Part shown: one piece after another, positions 25,936 through 35,345 of the stretch
How the letters are laid out: every line of letters starts with the position of its first letter
Numbering within the stretch: the first letter of the stretch is position 1
From: an uncultured Prevotellaceae bacterium
GTDB taxonomy: Bacteria; Bacteroidota; Bacteroidia; Bacteroidales; Bacteroidaceae
DNA: 64,000 nucleotides
NCBI GenBank assembly: GCA_947167515.1
Contig: CAMVIM010000009.1
Coordinates: 8,522 to 72,521 of the forward strand
Direction of reading: 5' to 3'
Position numbers and translations under genes: made by a program
Notes under the pieces: model-generated
Database searches by the model: none
Seen by the model: the letters and a program-made list of their open reading frames with translations, nothing else
Told to the model about the DNA's origin: nothing

Positions 25936-28872
25936 ATGATGAAACGAAACATCCTACTTCTTTCTTTGGTGCTCCTTACAGCACCTGTTGAGGCACAGAA
26001 GAAGAGTGCCGTCTCGTTCGACTCCTACGAGTATGACTTCGGCACCGTCAATGCGGCAGAAGGCGCTATCTGCCATACATTCACCTTCAAGAACAAGTCG
26101 AAGGCACCCGTTGCCATCGGCGAGGCAAAACCCAGCTGTGAATGCATTCAAGCACAGTATGCCGGCGAGGCTGTCCAACCAGGAAAGTCCGCCGCCGTGT
26201 TGGTCGTGTTCAATCCTGCCAAGTCTGTGGGTAAGAGCTTCCGCAGCGTGGAACTGCTCGACAAGCAGGGTAACACCCTTGGTGCCCTCTCCATCAAGGC
26301 GGTGGTCTGCGAAGGGCCTGCTCCGCAGAAGTACCCCTATCAGGACACCTCTCTTTCCAATGCGGAGCGAGTGGAGAATCTCCTTTCACTGCTCACACCT
26401 GAAGAGAAGGTGGGGCTGATGATGAACAAGTCCATCTCGGTGGATCGTCTGGGCATCCCCTCCTACAATTGGTGGAGCGAGGCCTGTCACGGTGTGCGTC
26501 AGGGTGGCTACACCGTCTATCCGCAACCCATAGGCATGGCGGCAGCCTTCAATCCTCAGCAGATGTATGACGTGTTCTCCACCGTCTCGGACGAAGCACG
26601 TGCCAACTGGAACCGTACCAACCACAGCGATCCCAAGCTCTTCAACGTCCCGATGGGTGTCACTTACTATCCAGGTAATCCGGAACTGACCTTCTGGTGC
26701 CCCAACGTGAACATCTTCCGCGACCCCCGTTGGGGACGTGGTCAGGAGACTTGTGGCGAAGACCCTTATTTGAATGCTGTCTTGGGTGTACAGACCGTGC
26801 TGGGCATGCAGGGCAACGACGACAAGTACTTCAAGACCCATGCCTGTGCTAAGCACTATGCTGTGCATAGCGGTCCTGAGCCTTTGCGCCACACCTACAA
26901 CGCCTCCGTGTCGATGCGCGACCTCTGGGAGACTTACCTTCCTGCCTTCAAGGCGTTGGTCAAGAAGGGCAACGTGCGTGAGGTGATGTGTGCCTACAAC
27001 CGCTACGAGGGCAAGCCCTGCTGCACCAGCGACCGTCTGCTTGTTGACATCCTTCGTCGCAAGTGGAACTACGATGCCATTGTGCTCACCGACTGCGACG
27101 CCATCAATAACTTCTACAACCGTGGTCAGCATGAGACCCACCCTGGTCCTCTGGAGGCTTCGGTCGATGCGGTGCTGAACGGTACCGACCTCGAGTGTGG
27201 CAAGGTGTTCATGGTGCTCACCGAGGCTTTGGAGAAGGGGCTCATTCAGGAGAGCACCCTCGACTATCACCTTCGCAAGACCCTCTATGGACGTTTCGAA
27301 CTGGGCATGTTCGACCCAGCCGAGATGCTTCCTTGGGCCAATCTCGCTCCAGAGGTTATCAGCAGCGAGTCCAACAACGAACTGGCTATCCAGGCAGCAC
27401 GTGAGTCGATGGTGCTGCTTGACAACAGCAAGGGCGTTCTGCCCCTCTCAAAGAACCTCAAGCGCATTGCCGTGTTAGGCCCAAATGCCAACGATGTGGA
27501 CTTGCTCAACGGCAACTATGGCGGCACTCCCACCAAGGAGCATCAGCACTCTTTGCTCGAAGGTATCCAGCAGGCACTTCCCAACACCGAGGTGTTCTAC
27601 AAGAAAGCCTGCGAACTGGCCGATGAATACGCCACCATCCACCATTTGCAGGAGTTCAACGGCGGCAAGGGCATCAAGGCAGAGTTCTTCAACAACAACA
27701 GCTTGAGCGGCACCCCTGTCGTGACCAACTACTACAACGAACTGAACTTCTCCACCTTCGGTGCATGGGGCTTTGCGCAGGGAGTGAGCAAGGACACCCT
27801 CTCCGTGCGCCTCTCTGGTCAGTACAAGGCCACCTTCACCGGCGACATGCAATACACCCTCTCTACCGACAACGGCTATGTGCTCCGCGTGAACGGCAAC
27901 GTGGTGGAGGAAGCCAAAGGCGGCAATGGACGTGGTGGTTTCCGACGTGGAGTGCCCAACTACAAGTCCTTCCCCGTCAAGGCTGGCGAGACCTACAACA
28001 TCGAGATAGAATACAAGCACGGCAACGGCAACTTCGCCATGTTGCGTGGCGACATCTGCGAGCGCAAGCTGGTTGAATTTGACGACCTTGCCAACGAGGT
28101 GAAGGATATGGATGCCATCATCATCATCGGTGGCATCTCCGCCCGTATGGAGGGTGAAGGCGGCGATAAGGCCACCATCGAACTTCCCGTCGTGCAGCAG
28201 CGTCTTCTTCGTGCCATGCACGCCACAGGCAAGCCCGTCATCTTCGTCAACTGCTCTGGCTCAGCCATTGCCTTTGGCAGCGTGGAGGGACAGTACGACG
28301 CACTCCTTCAGGCATGGTATCCAGGTCAGGGTGGGGCGAAAGCATTGGCCGAGGTGCTCTTTGGCGACTTCAACCCCAGCGGCAAGCTGCCCGTCACCTT
28401 CTATCGTTCCAACGACGACCTGCCCGACTTCCTCGACTACTCGATGGAGAATCGCACCTACCGCTACTTCCGCGGAGAACCCCAGTTCGCCTTTGGCTAT
28501 GGACTTTCCTACACCACCTTCCAGTGTGGTCAGGGCAAACTCTCCAAGACCTCCATGCCTGCCGACGGCAAGGTGACGCTCACCGTACCCGTCACCAACA
28601 CAGGCAACCGCGAAGGAGCCGAGGTGGTGCAGGTGTATGTGAAAGCACTCGACTATCCTGATGCACCCATCAAGTCCCTCCGAGGCTTCCAGAAGGTGTA
28701 CATCAACGCGGGTCAAACCACGCAGGCAACCATCACCCTCGATGGCGAGGCTTTCGAATACTACGACCCCTCCATCGACGAACTTTCCACTCGTCCAGGC
28801 CGTTATCAGATACTCTATGGCACATCCTCGCTCGACAAAGACCTCCAGCGCCTCGACTTCGTGGTGAAATGA
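25936..28872 (+). CDS. GH3 beta-glucosidase/beta-xylosidase with an N-terminal DUF1573-like domain and a PA14-like insert
   Basis: GH3 patterns are present (KHYAVHSGPE, TDCDAI, the fibronectin-like C-terminus). An N-terminal ~110-aa Ig-like module has a CEC motif. A PA14-like segment reads GIKAEFFNNNSLSG...YVLRVNG. Confidence 0.85.
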   Translation: MMKRNILLLSLVLLTAPVEAQKKSAVSFDSYEYDFGTVNAAEGAICHTFTFKNKSKAPVAIGEAKPSCECIQAQYAGEAVQPGKSAAVLVVFNPAKSVGKSFRSVELLDKQGNTLGALSIKAVVCEGPAPQKYPYQDTSLSNAERVENLLSLLTPEEKVGLMMNKSISVDRLGIPSYNWWSEACHGVRQGGYTVYPQPIGMAAAFNPQQMYDVFSTVSDEARANWNRTNHSDPKLFNVPMGVTYYPGNPELTFWCPNVNIFRDPRWGRGQETCGEDPYLNAVLGVQTVLGMQGNDDKYFKTHACAKHYAVHSGPEPLRHTYNASVSMRDLWETYLPAFKALVKKGNVREVMCAYNRYEGKPCCTSDRLLVDILRRKWNYDAIVLTDCDAINNFYNRGQHETHPGPLEASVDAVLNGTDLECGKVFMVLTEALEKGLIQESTLDYHLRKTLYGRFELGMFDPAEMLPWANLAPEVISSESNNELAIQAARESMVLLDNSKGVLPLSKNLKRIAVLGPNANDVDLLNGNYGGTPTKEHQHSLLEGIQQALPNTEVFYKKACELADEYATIHHLQEFNGGKGIKAEFFNNNSLSGTPVVTNYYNELNFSTFGAWGFAQGVSKDTLSVRLSGQYKATFTGDMQYTLSTDNGYVLRVNGNVVEEAKGGNGRGGFRRGVPNYKSFPVKAGETYNIEIEYKHGNGNFAMLRGDICERKLVEFDDLANEVKDMDAIIIIGGISARMEGEGGDKATIELPVVQQRLLRAMHATGKPVIFVNCSGSAIAFGSVEGQYDALLQAWYPGQGGAKALAEVLFGDFNPSGKLPVTFYRSNDDLPDFLDYSMENRTYRYFRGEPQFAFGYGLSYTTFQCGQGKLSKTSMPADGKVTLTVPVTNTGNREGAEVVQVYVKALDYPDAPIKSLRGFQKVYINAGQTTQATITLDGEAFEYYDPSIDELSTRPGRYQILYGTSSLDKDLQRLDFVVK

Positions 28873-28969
28873 TGAAGGGATGAAAGTAACAAAGGAACAT
28901 AATTTTTTGTTATTTTGTTATTTTTTGCGATTTTTCTATACGAATAGTTGTTTTTTCATAAAAAAGTGG

Positions 28970-28977
28970 TAGATTTG
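28970..28977 (+). promoter_or_regulatory. -7 promoter box (TAgaTTTG)
   Basis: tagatttg lies about 39 nt upstream of the ATG at 29016. Confidence 0.4.
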
Positions 28978-29015
28978 CAATCTGATTAAACTTTGTGTTG
29001 GCTTCTTTTCCGATT

Positions 29016-30740
29016 ATGATGCAACGAAACTTCTTCTTCTCTTCTCTTGTGGCGCTGCTGTGTGCCATCCTGCCTTGCGAGGCGTGGGGACAGGAACGTG
29101 ATTTGTTGATGCCGAACTTCGGACAGCTGTCGTCGGCTCATGTGAGGGTGCTGTTTCAGGATAGCGAAGGCTATATGTGGTATGGCATGAAGTCGGACGG
29201 ACTCTATCGCGACGATGGCTACAATCTTATGAGTGTGAGGGCTGACTTCCTCCATCCTGAGGTGCAAATCAATAATAATATCACGGCTATCTGCGAGGAC
29301 AGCAGGAACCGACTTTGGATTGGCACGAAACGAGGGCTGTACATCCTCGACAAGACGGACTATAGCGTCCGCCCGACGGGTGACAACACGCTGCAAATAT
29401 GGACGTTTGATGCGTTGAAGGCGAGCATGGGCGACTCGGTGTGGGCGTATGCCAACAAGCATGTGCTGGTGTATGACAGCGAGGGACGATGTATCAGCCA
29501 GCAGCCTGTGGATAAGAATCCGCTGACCACCCAGAACCGAAAGGAGGTGACGGACAAGAGGGGCAACTTCTGGCATATTGATGATAATGGAGTGCCTTTT
29601 GTGACCATCAATCCTGTGATGGAACTGGAGGAGGTGGACATCACGAAGCAGCCGCTGTGCTTCAATGTGCCGAATGAGCGGTCGGGCATGACTGAGGAAC
29701 ATAAGATTCATAGTGTGTGGGCGATGTCGGACAGCACGAAGTTGGTGAGCACCAGTCTGGGCATGTGGATGGTGAGGGGCGGACAGAAGGATGCGGAGCC
29801 TGAGCAGGTGGGACCGAATTTCGGAGTGGTGAACACGTCGTCGCCTGGAGAGGATGGCCTGATCTACATGAACACGGAATGGCAGGGCCTGATCAGCTAT
29901 AAGGATGGGCGGATAGAGAAACTGGACTCCACCATCCGCAATGCTTACGATATCTTTTATGATGACGGCAGGCTGTGGATCTGCACCAGCGACGGCAGGC
30001 TGCTGCAGTATGATGTGAAGAAGAAGGAGAAGATGGATATGTCGGAGGTGTGCTGTCTGGAGGGCGATGCCCCGATTGGCATTGTGGTGCTGAACTCGAA
30101 GGTGTGGCTGCTGTTCAACCAGCGCCTGCTCATCTTTACGCCTTACAGGGATCCGAAGGCAAAGCCCGTGATACGCTATGTGTTCCCTTCTGACCTCGAC
30201 CCTCGTCCGATGTTCTTCCGAAGACTGTATTCCGATGGTGTCAACCGCATTTTTGTGGAGTGTGAAGACAAGTGCTTCGAGTTGAAGATGAAGGAGGAGT
30301 TTCTGAGAAAGAAGCCTGCTGCGAAGATTGCCCTTTCATCTTATCAGACGATTCACGGTGTGAAATATCCTGGCATGGACACACACGAGCTGAATCTGCA
30401 ACCTGACGAGCGCGTGGTTCATCTCTTCTTCACCACGTTTGACCACATGAACACGCAGCATGTCCGCTTTGCCTACCGCTATCAGGGTGAACAGAACTGG
30501 AACTATCTGGAGATGGGAAAGAATGATGTGCACCTCACCCGAATCTCTGGGGGCAGTCAGACCATTGAGGTGATTGCCACGAACATGGATGGACAATGGG
30601 TGGAACAGGTGTTCACCCTGACGCTGAACCGTGAACCGTACTGGTGGGAGACGGTCTGGGCATATATAGCCTATGCGGTGGTGGCTCTGCTGTTGCTCGG
30701 CTTCAGCTTCAGCGTGGGACGGAGGATGGAGCGCCGTTGA
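29016..30740 (+). CDS. Two-component-regulator propeller + Y_Y_Y sensor domain protein ending just after its TM helix (no kinase or receiver part)
   Basis: Propeller-type repeats (VLFQDSEGYMWYGMKSDGLYRDDG, ICEDSRNRLWIGTKRGLYILDK), a Y_Y_Y-like segment (RFAYRYQGEQNWNY) and a terminal TM (VWAYIAYAVVALLLLGFSF), then a stop. Confidence 0.7.
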   Translation: MMQRNFFFSSLVALLCAILPCEAWGQERDLLMPNFGQLSSAHVRVLFQDSEGYMWYGMKSDGLYRDDGYNLMSVRADFLHPEVQINNNITAICEDSRNRLWIGTKRGLYILDKTDYSVRPTGDNTLQIWTFDALKASMGDSVWAYANKHVLVYDSEGRCISQQPVDKNPLTTQNRKEVTDKRGNFWHIDDNGVPFVTINPVMELEEVDITKQPLCFNVPNERSGMTEEHKIHSVWAMSDSTKLVSTSLGMWMVRGGQKDAEPEQVGPNFGVVNTSSPGEDGLIYMNTEWQGLISYKDGRIEKLDSTIRNAYDIFYDDGRLWICTSDGRLLQYDVKKKEKMDMSEVCCLEGDAPIGIVVLNSKVWLLFNQRLLIFTPYRDPKAKPVIRYVFPSDLDPRPMFFRRLYSDGVNRIFVECEDKCFELKMKEEFLRKKPAAKIALSSYQTIHGVKYPGMDTHELNLQPDERVVHLFFTTFDHMNTQHVRFAYRYQGEQNWNYLEMGKNDVHLTRISGGSQTIEVIATNMDGQWVEQVFTLTLNREPYWWETVWAYIAYAVVALLLLGFSFSVGRRMERR

Positions 30741-30972
30741 CATAGGCGTACTGGTTCTTCCGCTGGTATTGCTCTAATAGCTCCAGCAGTTTCTTGAACA
30801 TCTCGCTGCGTTGGGGGCTGAGTTGGCCTTGAGCGAGACATTTCTTTTGGTATTTCAACCAATTGTGCATTTGGCGCTCTTCTGGATTGTATTTGGAAGG
30901 GCGCCTTTTTTCGTTCATCATGAAAGCCATGATGTGGCGGTAGTTTTGTTCCCAAAGTTCGTCATGTGTCAT
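30709..30972 (-). CDS. Small helicase-associated (HA)-domain-like protein
   Basis: 87 aa. The W..NY..I..F....RRPSKY.PEE..M..WL..Q pattern resembles the HA domain. It overlaps the comEC 3' end by 11 nt and the convergent sensor gene by 32 nt. Confidence 0.5.
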   Translation of the reverse strand: MTHDELWEQNYRHIMAFMMNEKRRPSKYNPEERQMHNWLKYQKKCLAQGQLSPQRSEMFKKLLELLEQYQRKNQYAYVNGAPSSVPR

Positions 30973-32479
30973 GGATGTTCCGTTTTTTAGGGTTGTTTTT
31001 TATACGGTAAGTGAGAAGGAGCAAGACCAGATAGCAAAGGAGGGTGGTGAGGAGGTCTGGATGCCATTTGAGGGTGGCGTAGGGTAGGGATGAAATGGTT
31101 TCGACGATAGTGTTCATGGTGGAGGCTGTCCAGTTGAGCAGGTCGGTGAGGATGCTGTGGACGGGAACGCACCAGAGGAAGACCCACCAAAGGATGCTGG
31201 TGAACATGAGGAGATAGACGAAGGGGGTGAGGATGAGGTTGCTTGCGATGGCGAGGAGTGGAATGCGGCCGAAGTGGTAAGCCACAAGCGGAGCGGTGAA
31301 AAGGGTGCAGAGAGCTGTGATGCAGAGGAGGCTTTGCAGAAAGTGCAAAATGCCATTGCGAATGGGATTCTCTGCCATGATTTGCTGACTGAAGAGGCTG
31401 ATGCTGGCCACGGAGAGGAAGGAGAGCTGGAATCCTATATCGTGCAGATAGAAGGGATTGATGCACAGCATGACGAGAAAGGCTATGGCACAAGAATGGG
31501 ATGACAGGTTGTCGCGGAAGATGGATTGGCAAAGCAGCAGGAGGGTGAACATGAGGGTGGCACGAATGAGGGAGGGTGGCATGCCCGTCATGAAGGCGTA
31601 GCACCAGAGGGTAACGATGATGAGGAGGTTGCTGACCCGCTGCCAACGGAGGGGAAGCACGTTCTTAAGGAAGAAGGCTTGTATGAACATGACGATGATG
31701 CCGACATGGAAGCCCGATAGAGCCAATACGTGACTGACACCTGCGTGTTCGTAAGCATTTCGGGTCTTTTGTGGTATATCCGTCTTTCGTCCGATGGTCA
31801 TGGCTTCAACGATGGTGCTGGCTTCTTGGTTGAGTCCGTTGTCTTCGTAGATGTGGTGTAGGTCGGTCTGTATCTCTTTGGCGAAAAGGGTGAGGCTTTG
31901 GTGCTGTCTGCCTGGTTTGAATGTCCATTGTCCGCAAGTCGCATAGGCTGTAGCGCAGATGCCGTGATGGAACAGATGTTTTCTAAAAGCTCCGAATTCC
32001 CCCTCCCCGTTTTCTGTCCCTTCAAGATGTCTGGTGAGGGCAAGGATGGTGTCGCCTATGTGCAACGAGGCATAGAGGATGGAGTCATTTTCAGGTACCT
32101 TCCCATTTTTTCCTATATATAATAAGATGTGTGTTCCATCATCCTGCTGTAAGTTGAGTGCCCACGAATGAGGTTTGGGAGTGGGGAGTTCGGAGAGAAG
32201 GCCTTGACAGAAGGTGGTGTCTTGTGGTGTGCTGTCAGCCATGCTGTGGTGCTTTCGGGTGTAGAGCGTCATGCCGACGAGGAAGGAGAACGTCATGGCT
32301 GCGATGCCAAACGTCAGGTCTTGAGGTTTTAAGGTCTTGAGAAGGAAAAACGAGAGGGCGAGAACGATACAACAGAGGATGAGCAGGAGGGGTGTGCTCA
32401 TGTAACTGACAAAAAGATTCGCCCCTATCATGCCCAGCGTGAAGGGAATGATGAGGCGAAGGAGGGGATAGTTTTTCAA
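30962..32479 (-). CDS. comEC: ComEC/Rec2-family competence membrane protein
   Basis: 505 aa and polytopic. It has an N-terminal OB-like (DUF4131-type) segment followed by the competence domain (GVSHVLALSGFHVGII). Confidence 0.85.
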   Translation of the reverse strand: MKNYPLLRLIIPFTLGMIGANLFVSYMSTPLLLILCCIVLALSFFLLKTLKPQDLTFGIAAMTFSFLVGMTLYTRKHHSMADSTPQDTTFCQGLLSELPTPKPHSWALNLQQDDGTHILLYIGKNGKVPENDSILYASLHIGDTILALTRHLEGTENGEGEFGAFRKHLFHHGICATAYATCGQWTFKPGRQHQSLTLFAKEIQTDLHHIYEDNGLNQEASTIVEAMTIGRKTDIPQKTRNAYEHAGVSHVLALSGFHVGIIVMFIQAFFLKNVLPLRWQRVSNLLIIVTLWCYAFMTGMPPSLIRATLMFTLLLLCQSIFRDNLSSHSCAIAFLVMLCINPFYLHDIGFQLSFLSVASISLFSQQIMAENPIRNGILHFLQSLLCITALCTLFTAPLVAYHFGRIPLLAIASNLILTPFVYLLMFTSILWWVFLWCVPVHSILTDLLNWTASTMNTIVETISSLPYATLKWHPDLLTTLLCYLVLLLLTYRIKNNPKKRNIHDT

Positions 32480-33129
32480 TTCTTCAATGCTTTCAGTTCT
32501 TTGATGCGTTCTTCTGGGTTTTCAGCTCCAAACACATAGCTGCCTGCCACGAGGACATCGACTCCTGCTTCAACAAGCCGTCGGCCTGTTTCGCCGTTGA
32601 CACCACCATCCACTTCGATGAGAGCGTGACTGCCTGTCTTCTGTATCAGTTCCTTGAGTCTGCGCACTTTGTCGATGGAGTGCTCGATGAACTTCTGACC
32701 ACCAAAGCCAGGGTTAACGGTCATGAGCAACACCATATCAACGTCTTGGATGATGTCGTCGAGCACACAGACGGGTGTGTGGGGATTGAGCGTGACACCT
32801 GCCTTCATGCCTGCATCGTGTATCTGCTGGATGGTGCGGTGCAGGTGGGGACAGGCTTCGTAGTGGACGTTCATCATGTAGGCTCCGAGGGCTTTGACCT
32901 GTTGGGTGAATTTGCCTGGATCAACAATCATCAGGTGCACGTCGAGGGGTTTCTTGCAAATCTTGGCGACGGCTTCAAGCACGGGGAATCCGAAGCTGAT
33001 GTTGGGCACGAAGACGCCGTCCATCACATCGAGGTGGAGCCAGTCGGCTTCACTGCGGTTAATCATGTCGATGTCCTTGGTCAGGTTGGCAAAGTTGGCT
33101 GCCAAGAGGGAAGGGGATATTGTGGTCAT
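32476..33129 (-). CDS. rpe: Ribulose-phosphate 3-epimerase
   Basis: 217 aa with the motifs SLLAANF, HLDVMDG.FVPN, VNPGFGGQKF and VDGG. Confidence 0.95.
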   Translation of the reverse strand: MTTISPSLLAANFANLTKDIDMINRSEADWLHLDVMDGVFVPNISFGFPVLEAVAKICKKPLDVHLMIVDPGKFTQQVKALGAYMMNVHYEACPHLHRTIQQIHDAGMKAGVTLNPHTPVCVLDDIIQDVDMVLLMTVNPGFGGQKFIEHSIDKVRRLKELIQKTGSHALIEVDGGVNGETGRRLVEAGVDVLVAGSYVFGAENPEERIKELKALKN

Positions 33130-34061
33130 TTTAACGTGAAACTTGTTTGTCCAATCATTTGTTTGTCACAGAAGATGAAGAGCTTGTAGGTGCCAGCTTC
33201 GAGGAACTCGGTCACGTCGCTGTACATGGTCACTTTCTCTTCCTCGCCTGTGTAGTCAATGTATTTCTTTTCGGTGTATTCAAGTTCGGTGTTCTCGTAG
33301 GGGAACGTGCCTTTCTTGCCCATCACTGAGTTGTCGGGCTTGAGGATGCGGGCATAGACGATGCGCTGTCCGTTCTGTGCTGTCACATTTTTCACGATGG
33401 TGAAGCCAAAGGCCAGTTTCTTCACGTCCTTTACCTTCTGCGTGTCCTTGCTCTTCTTGTTTTTCGGAGTCACCCAGAACCCCGTGGCATCCAGCTGCGC
33501 GGCAATGTTCACCTTGTCTTTCAGTTGGTTGCGCTCGGTGGAGAGGTTGGTGATTTGAGCGGTCTGCTCAGCCATCTGCGTTTTGATTTGTGTGTTCTCC
33601 TCGTTGAGCGACTGGTTCAGGCGGTTGAGCGAATCGACCTGCATAATGTAGCTTTGTAGTACTGCACGGAGAGATGCGATTTCTGCTTTCAGTCGTTTGA
33701 TTTCGGCAGCATCGGTGGCCTTGGTGCGTTCCAGCTCTTCAAGCAGTTGCTGCGTGTGGCGACGTTCGTTCTCAATCTGTGCGATGAGGCTGTCGTTCTT
33801 GATGGTGCGCTGCAACTGCTCATACTGCAAGTCAAATTCCTTATACTGGTTCTCCATCTCCTGCTTCTCCAGCTCTGCCAGTTCCTTCAGGTCTTGGTTC
33901 TCTTCAAGAAGTGGCTTTGTGTAGAGTTCGTGATACAACAGCACGGCTGCAGCGATGGCAATGAGTGCCACCATGATGGCAATGACAATAATTCCTGTGT
34001 AACCTTTCTTTGGAGCTTTTCCTGAATGTAGCTCTCTATTCGTTTCGTTAGTTTCCTCCAT
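33126..34061 (-). CDS. Membrane-anchored coiled-coil protein, function unknown
   Basis: An N-terminal TM (GIIVIAIMVALIAIAAAVLLY), ~150 aa of heptad-rich E/Q/L sequence, then a beta-rich C-terminal domain. Its stop overlaps the rpe start (ATGA). Confidence 0.6.
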   Translation of the reverse strand: MEETNETNRELHSGKAPKKGYTGIIVIAIMVALIAIAAAVLLYHELYTKPLLEENQDLKELAELEKQEMENQYKEFDLQYEQLQRTIKNDSLIAQIENERRHTQQLLEELERTKATDAAEIKRLKAEIASLRAVLQSYIMQVDSLNRLNQSLNEENTQIKTQMAEQTAQITNLSTERNQLKDKVNIAAQLDATGFWVTPKNKKSKDTQKVKDVKKLAFGFTIVKNVTAQNGQRIVYARILKPDNSVMGKKGTFPYENTELEYTEKKYIDYTGEEEKVTMYSDVTEFLEAGTYKLFIFCDKQMIGQTSFTLK

Positions 34062-34144
34062 GAGTTTTTGGTTGTTTTTCTTATTCTTTGCAAAGATAAT
34101 AAAGAATTAGGAATTAGGAATTAGGATTTAGAAATTATTTTTCA

Positions 34145-34152
34145 TACCTTTG
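34145..34152 (+). promoter_or_regulatory. -7 promoter box (TAccTTTG)
   Basis: tacctttg lies about 25 nt upstream of the ATG at 34177. The ORF-track start at 34150 is the TTG inside this box. Confidence 0.5.
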
Positions 34153-34176
34153 CAAAAAATAACAGAAAAGACCTAC

Positions 34177-35328
34177 ATGCTGAAGAAAAAGATAACGCCG
34201 CAAGAAGTGGCCATCGTGAAGAAAGACTTTGAAACGAGTAGGAATGTTGTCATTGTTTGCCACACCTCGCCCGACGGTGATGCCATCGGTTCATCGCTGG
34301 GGTTGTATGAGTATATGAAGCGGAAGGGCAAGCAGGTGACGGTTATCGTGCCGAACTACTTTCCCGACTTTCTGCACTGGATGAAAGATGCTGACAAAAT
34401 TGTCCGCTTTGACTGGCAGAAGACCGCCTCTTACACAGCTCTGAAGATGGCCGACCTTATTTGCTGCCTCGACTTCAACGACATGCGCCGCATTGATGAC
34501 CTTGGTGTGGCGGTGATGCGGATGCGCTGCAAGCGTCTGCTCATCGACCACCATCTTGACCCAAACCGTCAGCAGTTCGGTCACATCATCTCCCATCCCG
34601 AAATGAGCAGCACAAGCGAACTGCTCTTCCGTCTGCTCGATGCGATGGGCGAACTGAATAGCTTGACCTTTGCGGGAGCTGAAGACATCTATGCGGGCAT
34701 GGCGACCGACACGGGTTTCTTTTCCTTCAATAGCAACGACCCCGACATCTTCCTCATCATCAGTGAATTGCTCCGAAGGGGCATTGATAAGGACAAAATC
34801 AACCGCAACATCCAGAACAACTACTCTCCCGACCGCTTGCGGCTGATTGGTTATGTGCTGTATGAGAAGTTGCAGGTCTTTCCGGAACTCCACGCCTCGC
34901 TTTTTGCCATCAAGAAGGAGGAACTGACTCAGTTCCACTATCTGAAGGGCGACATGGAAGGCATCGTGAATATGCCGTTGCAAATCAAGGGGCATAAGTT
35001 GAGCATCTGTCTACGCGAAGACACAGAGCGTCCGCTCATTCGTGTATCAACGCGTTCGGTCGATGATTTCCCCTGCAACGAGTTCTGCACGGAGTTCTTC
35101 AATGGCGGTGGTCATAAGAATGCAGCGGGTGGCACGTTGGAGTGTACGATGGAAGAAGCTATCGACATAGCTATGAAGGGCTTGGAGACTTGGCATGACC
35201 GACTCGCTGATGTGCCTTCAAAGGAAGAAGACAAGAAGGACGCAAAGGAGGCAACCACGATGGAATCCGTGACAGGAATAGAGGACGATAAGAAGGAAGA
35301 CAAGTCAGAGGAAACGAAAGAAAAATAA
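34177..35328 (+). CDS. nrnA: DHH/DHHA1 phosphoesterase (NrnA-like oligoribonuclease/pAp phosphatase)
   Basis: Motifs CHTSPDGDAIGS, DHH (LLIDHH) and GGGHKNAAG. There is also an unusual K/E/D-rich ~45-aa C-terminal tail. Confidence 0.85.
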   Translation: MLKKKITPQEVAIVKKDFETSRNVVIVCHTSPDGDAIGSSLGLYEYMKRKGKQVTVIVPNYFPDFLHWMKDADKIVRFDWQKTASYTALKMADLICCLDFNDMRRIDDLGVAVMRMRCKRLLIDHHLDPNRQQFGHIISHPEMSSTSELLFRLLDAMGELNSLTFAGAEDIYAGMATDTGFFSFNSNDPDIFLIISELLRRGIDKDKINRNIQNNYSPDRLRLIGYVLYEKLQVFPELHASLFAIKKEELTQFHYLKGDMEGIVNMPLQIKGHKLSICLREDTERPLIRVSTRSVDDFPCNEFCTEFFNGGGHKNAAGGTLECTMEEAIDIAMKGLETWHDRLADVPSKEEDKKDAKEATTMESVTGIEDDKKEDKSEETKEK

Positions 35329-35345
35329 ACTTAAAACCAACCGAT

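Noticed and set aside
30987-31646. 219-aa Pro/His-rich ORF in an alternative frame of comEC
   Set aside because: It is on the same strand as comEC but out of frame. The extreme P/H/R composition is typical of an off-frame reading of a membrane-protein gene.
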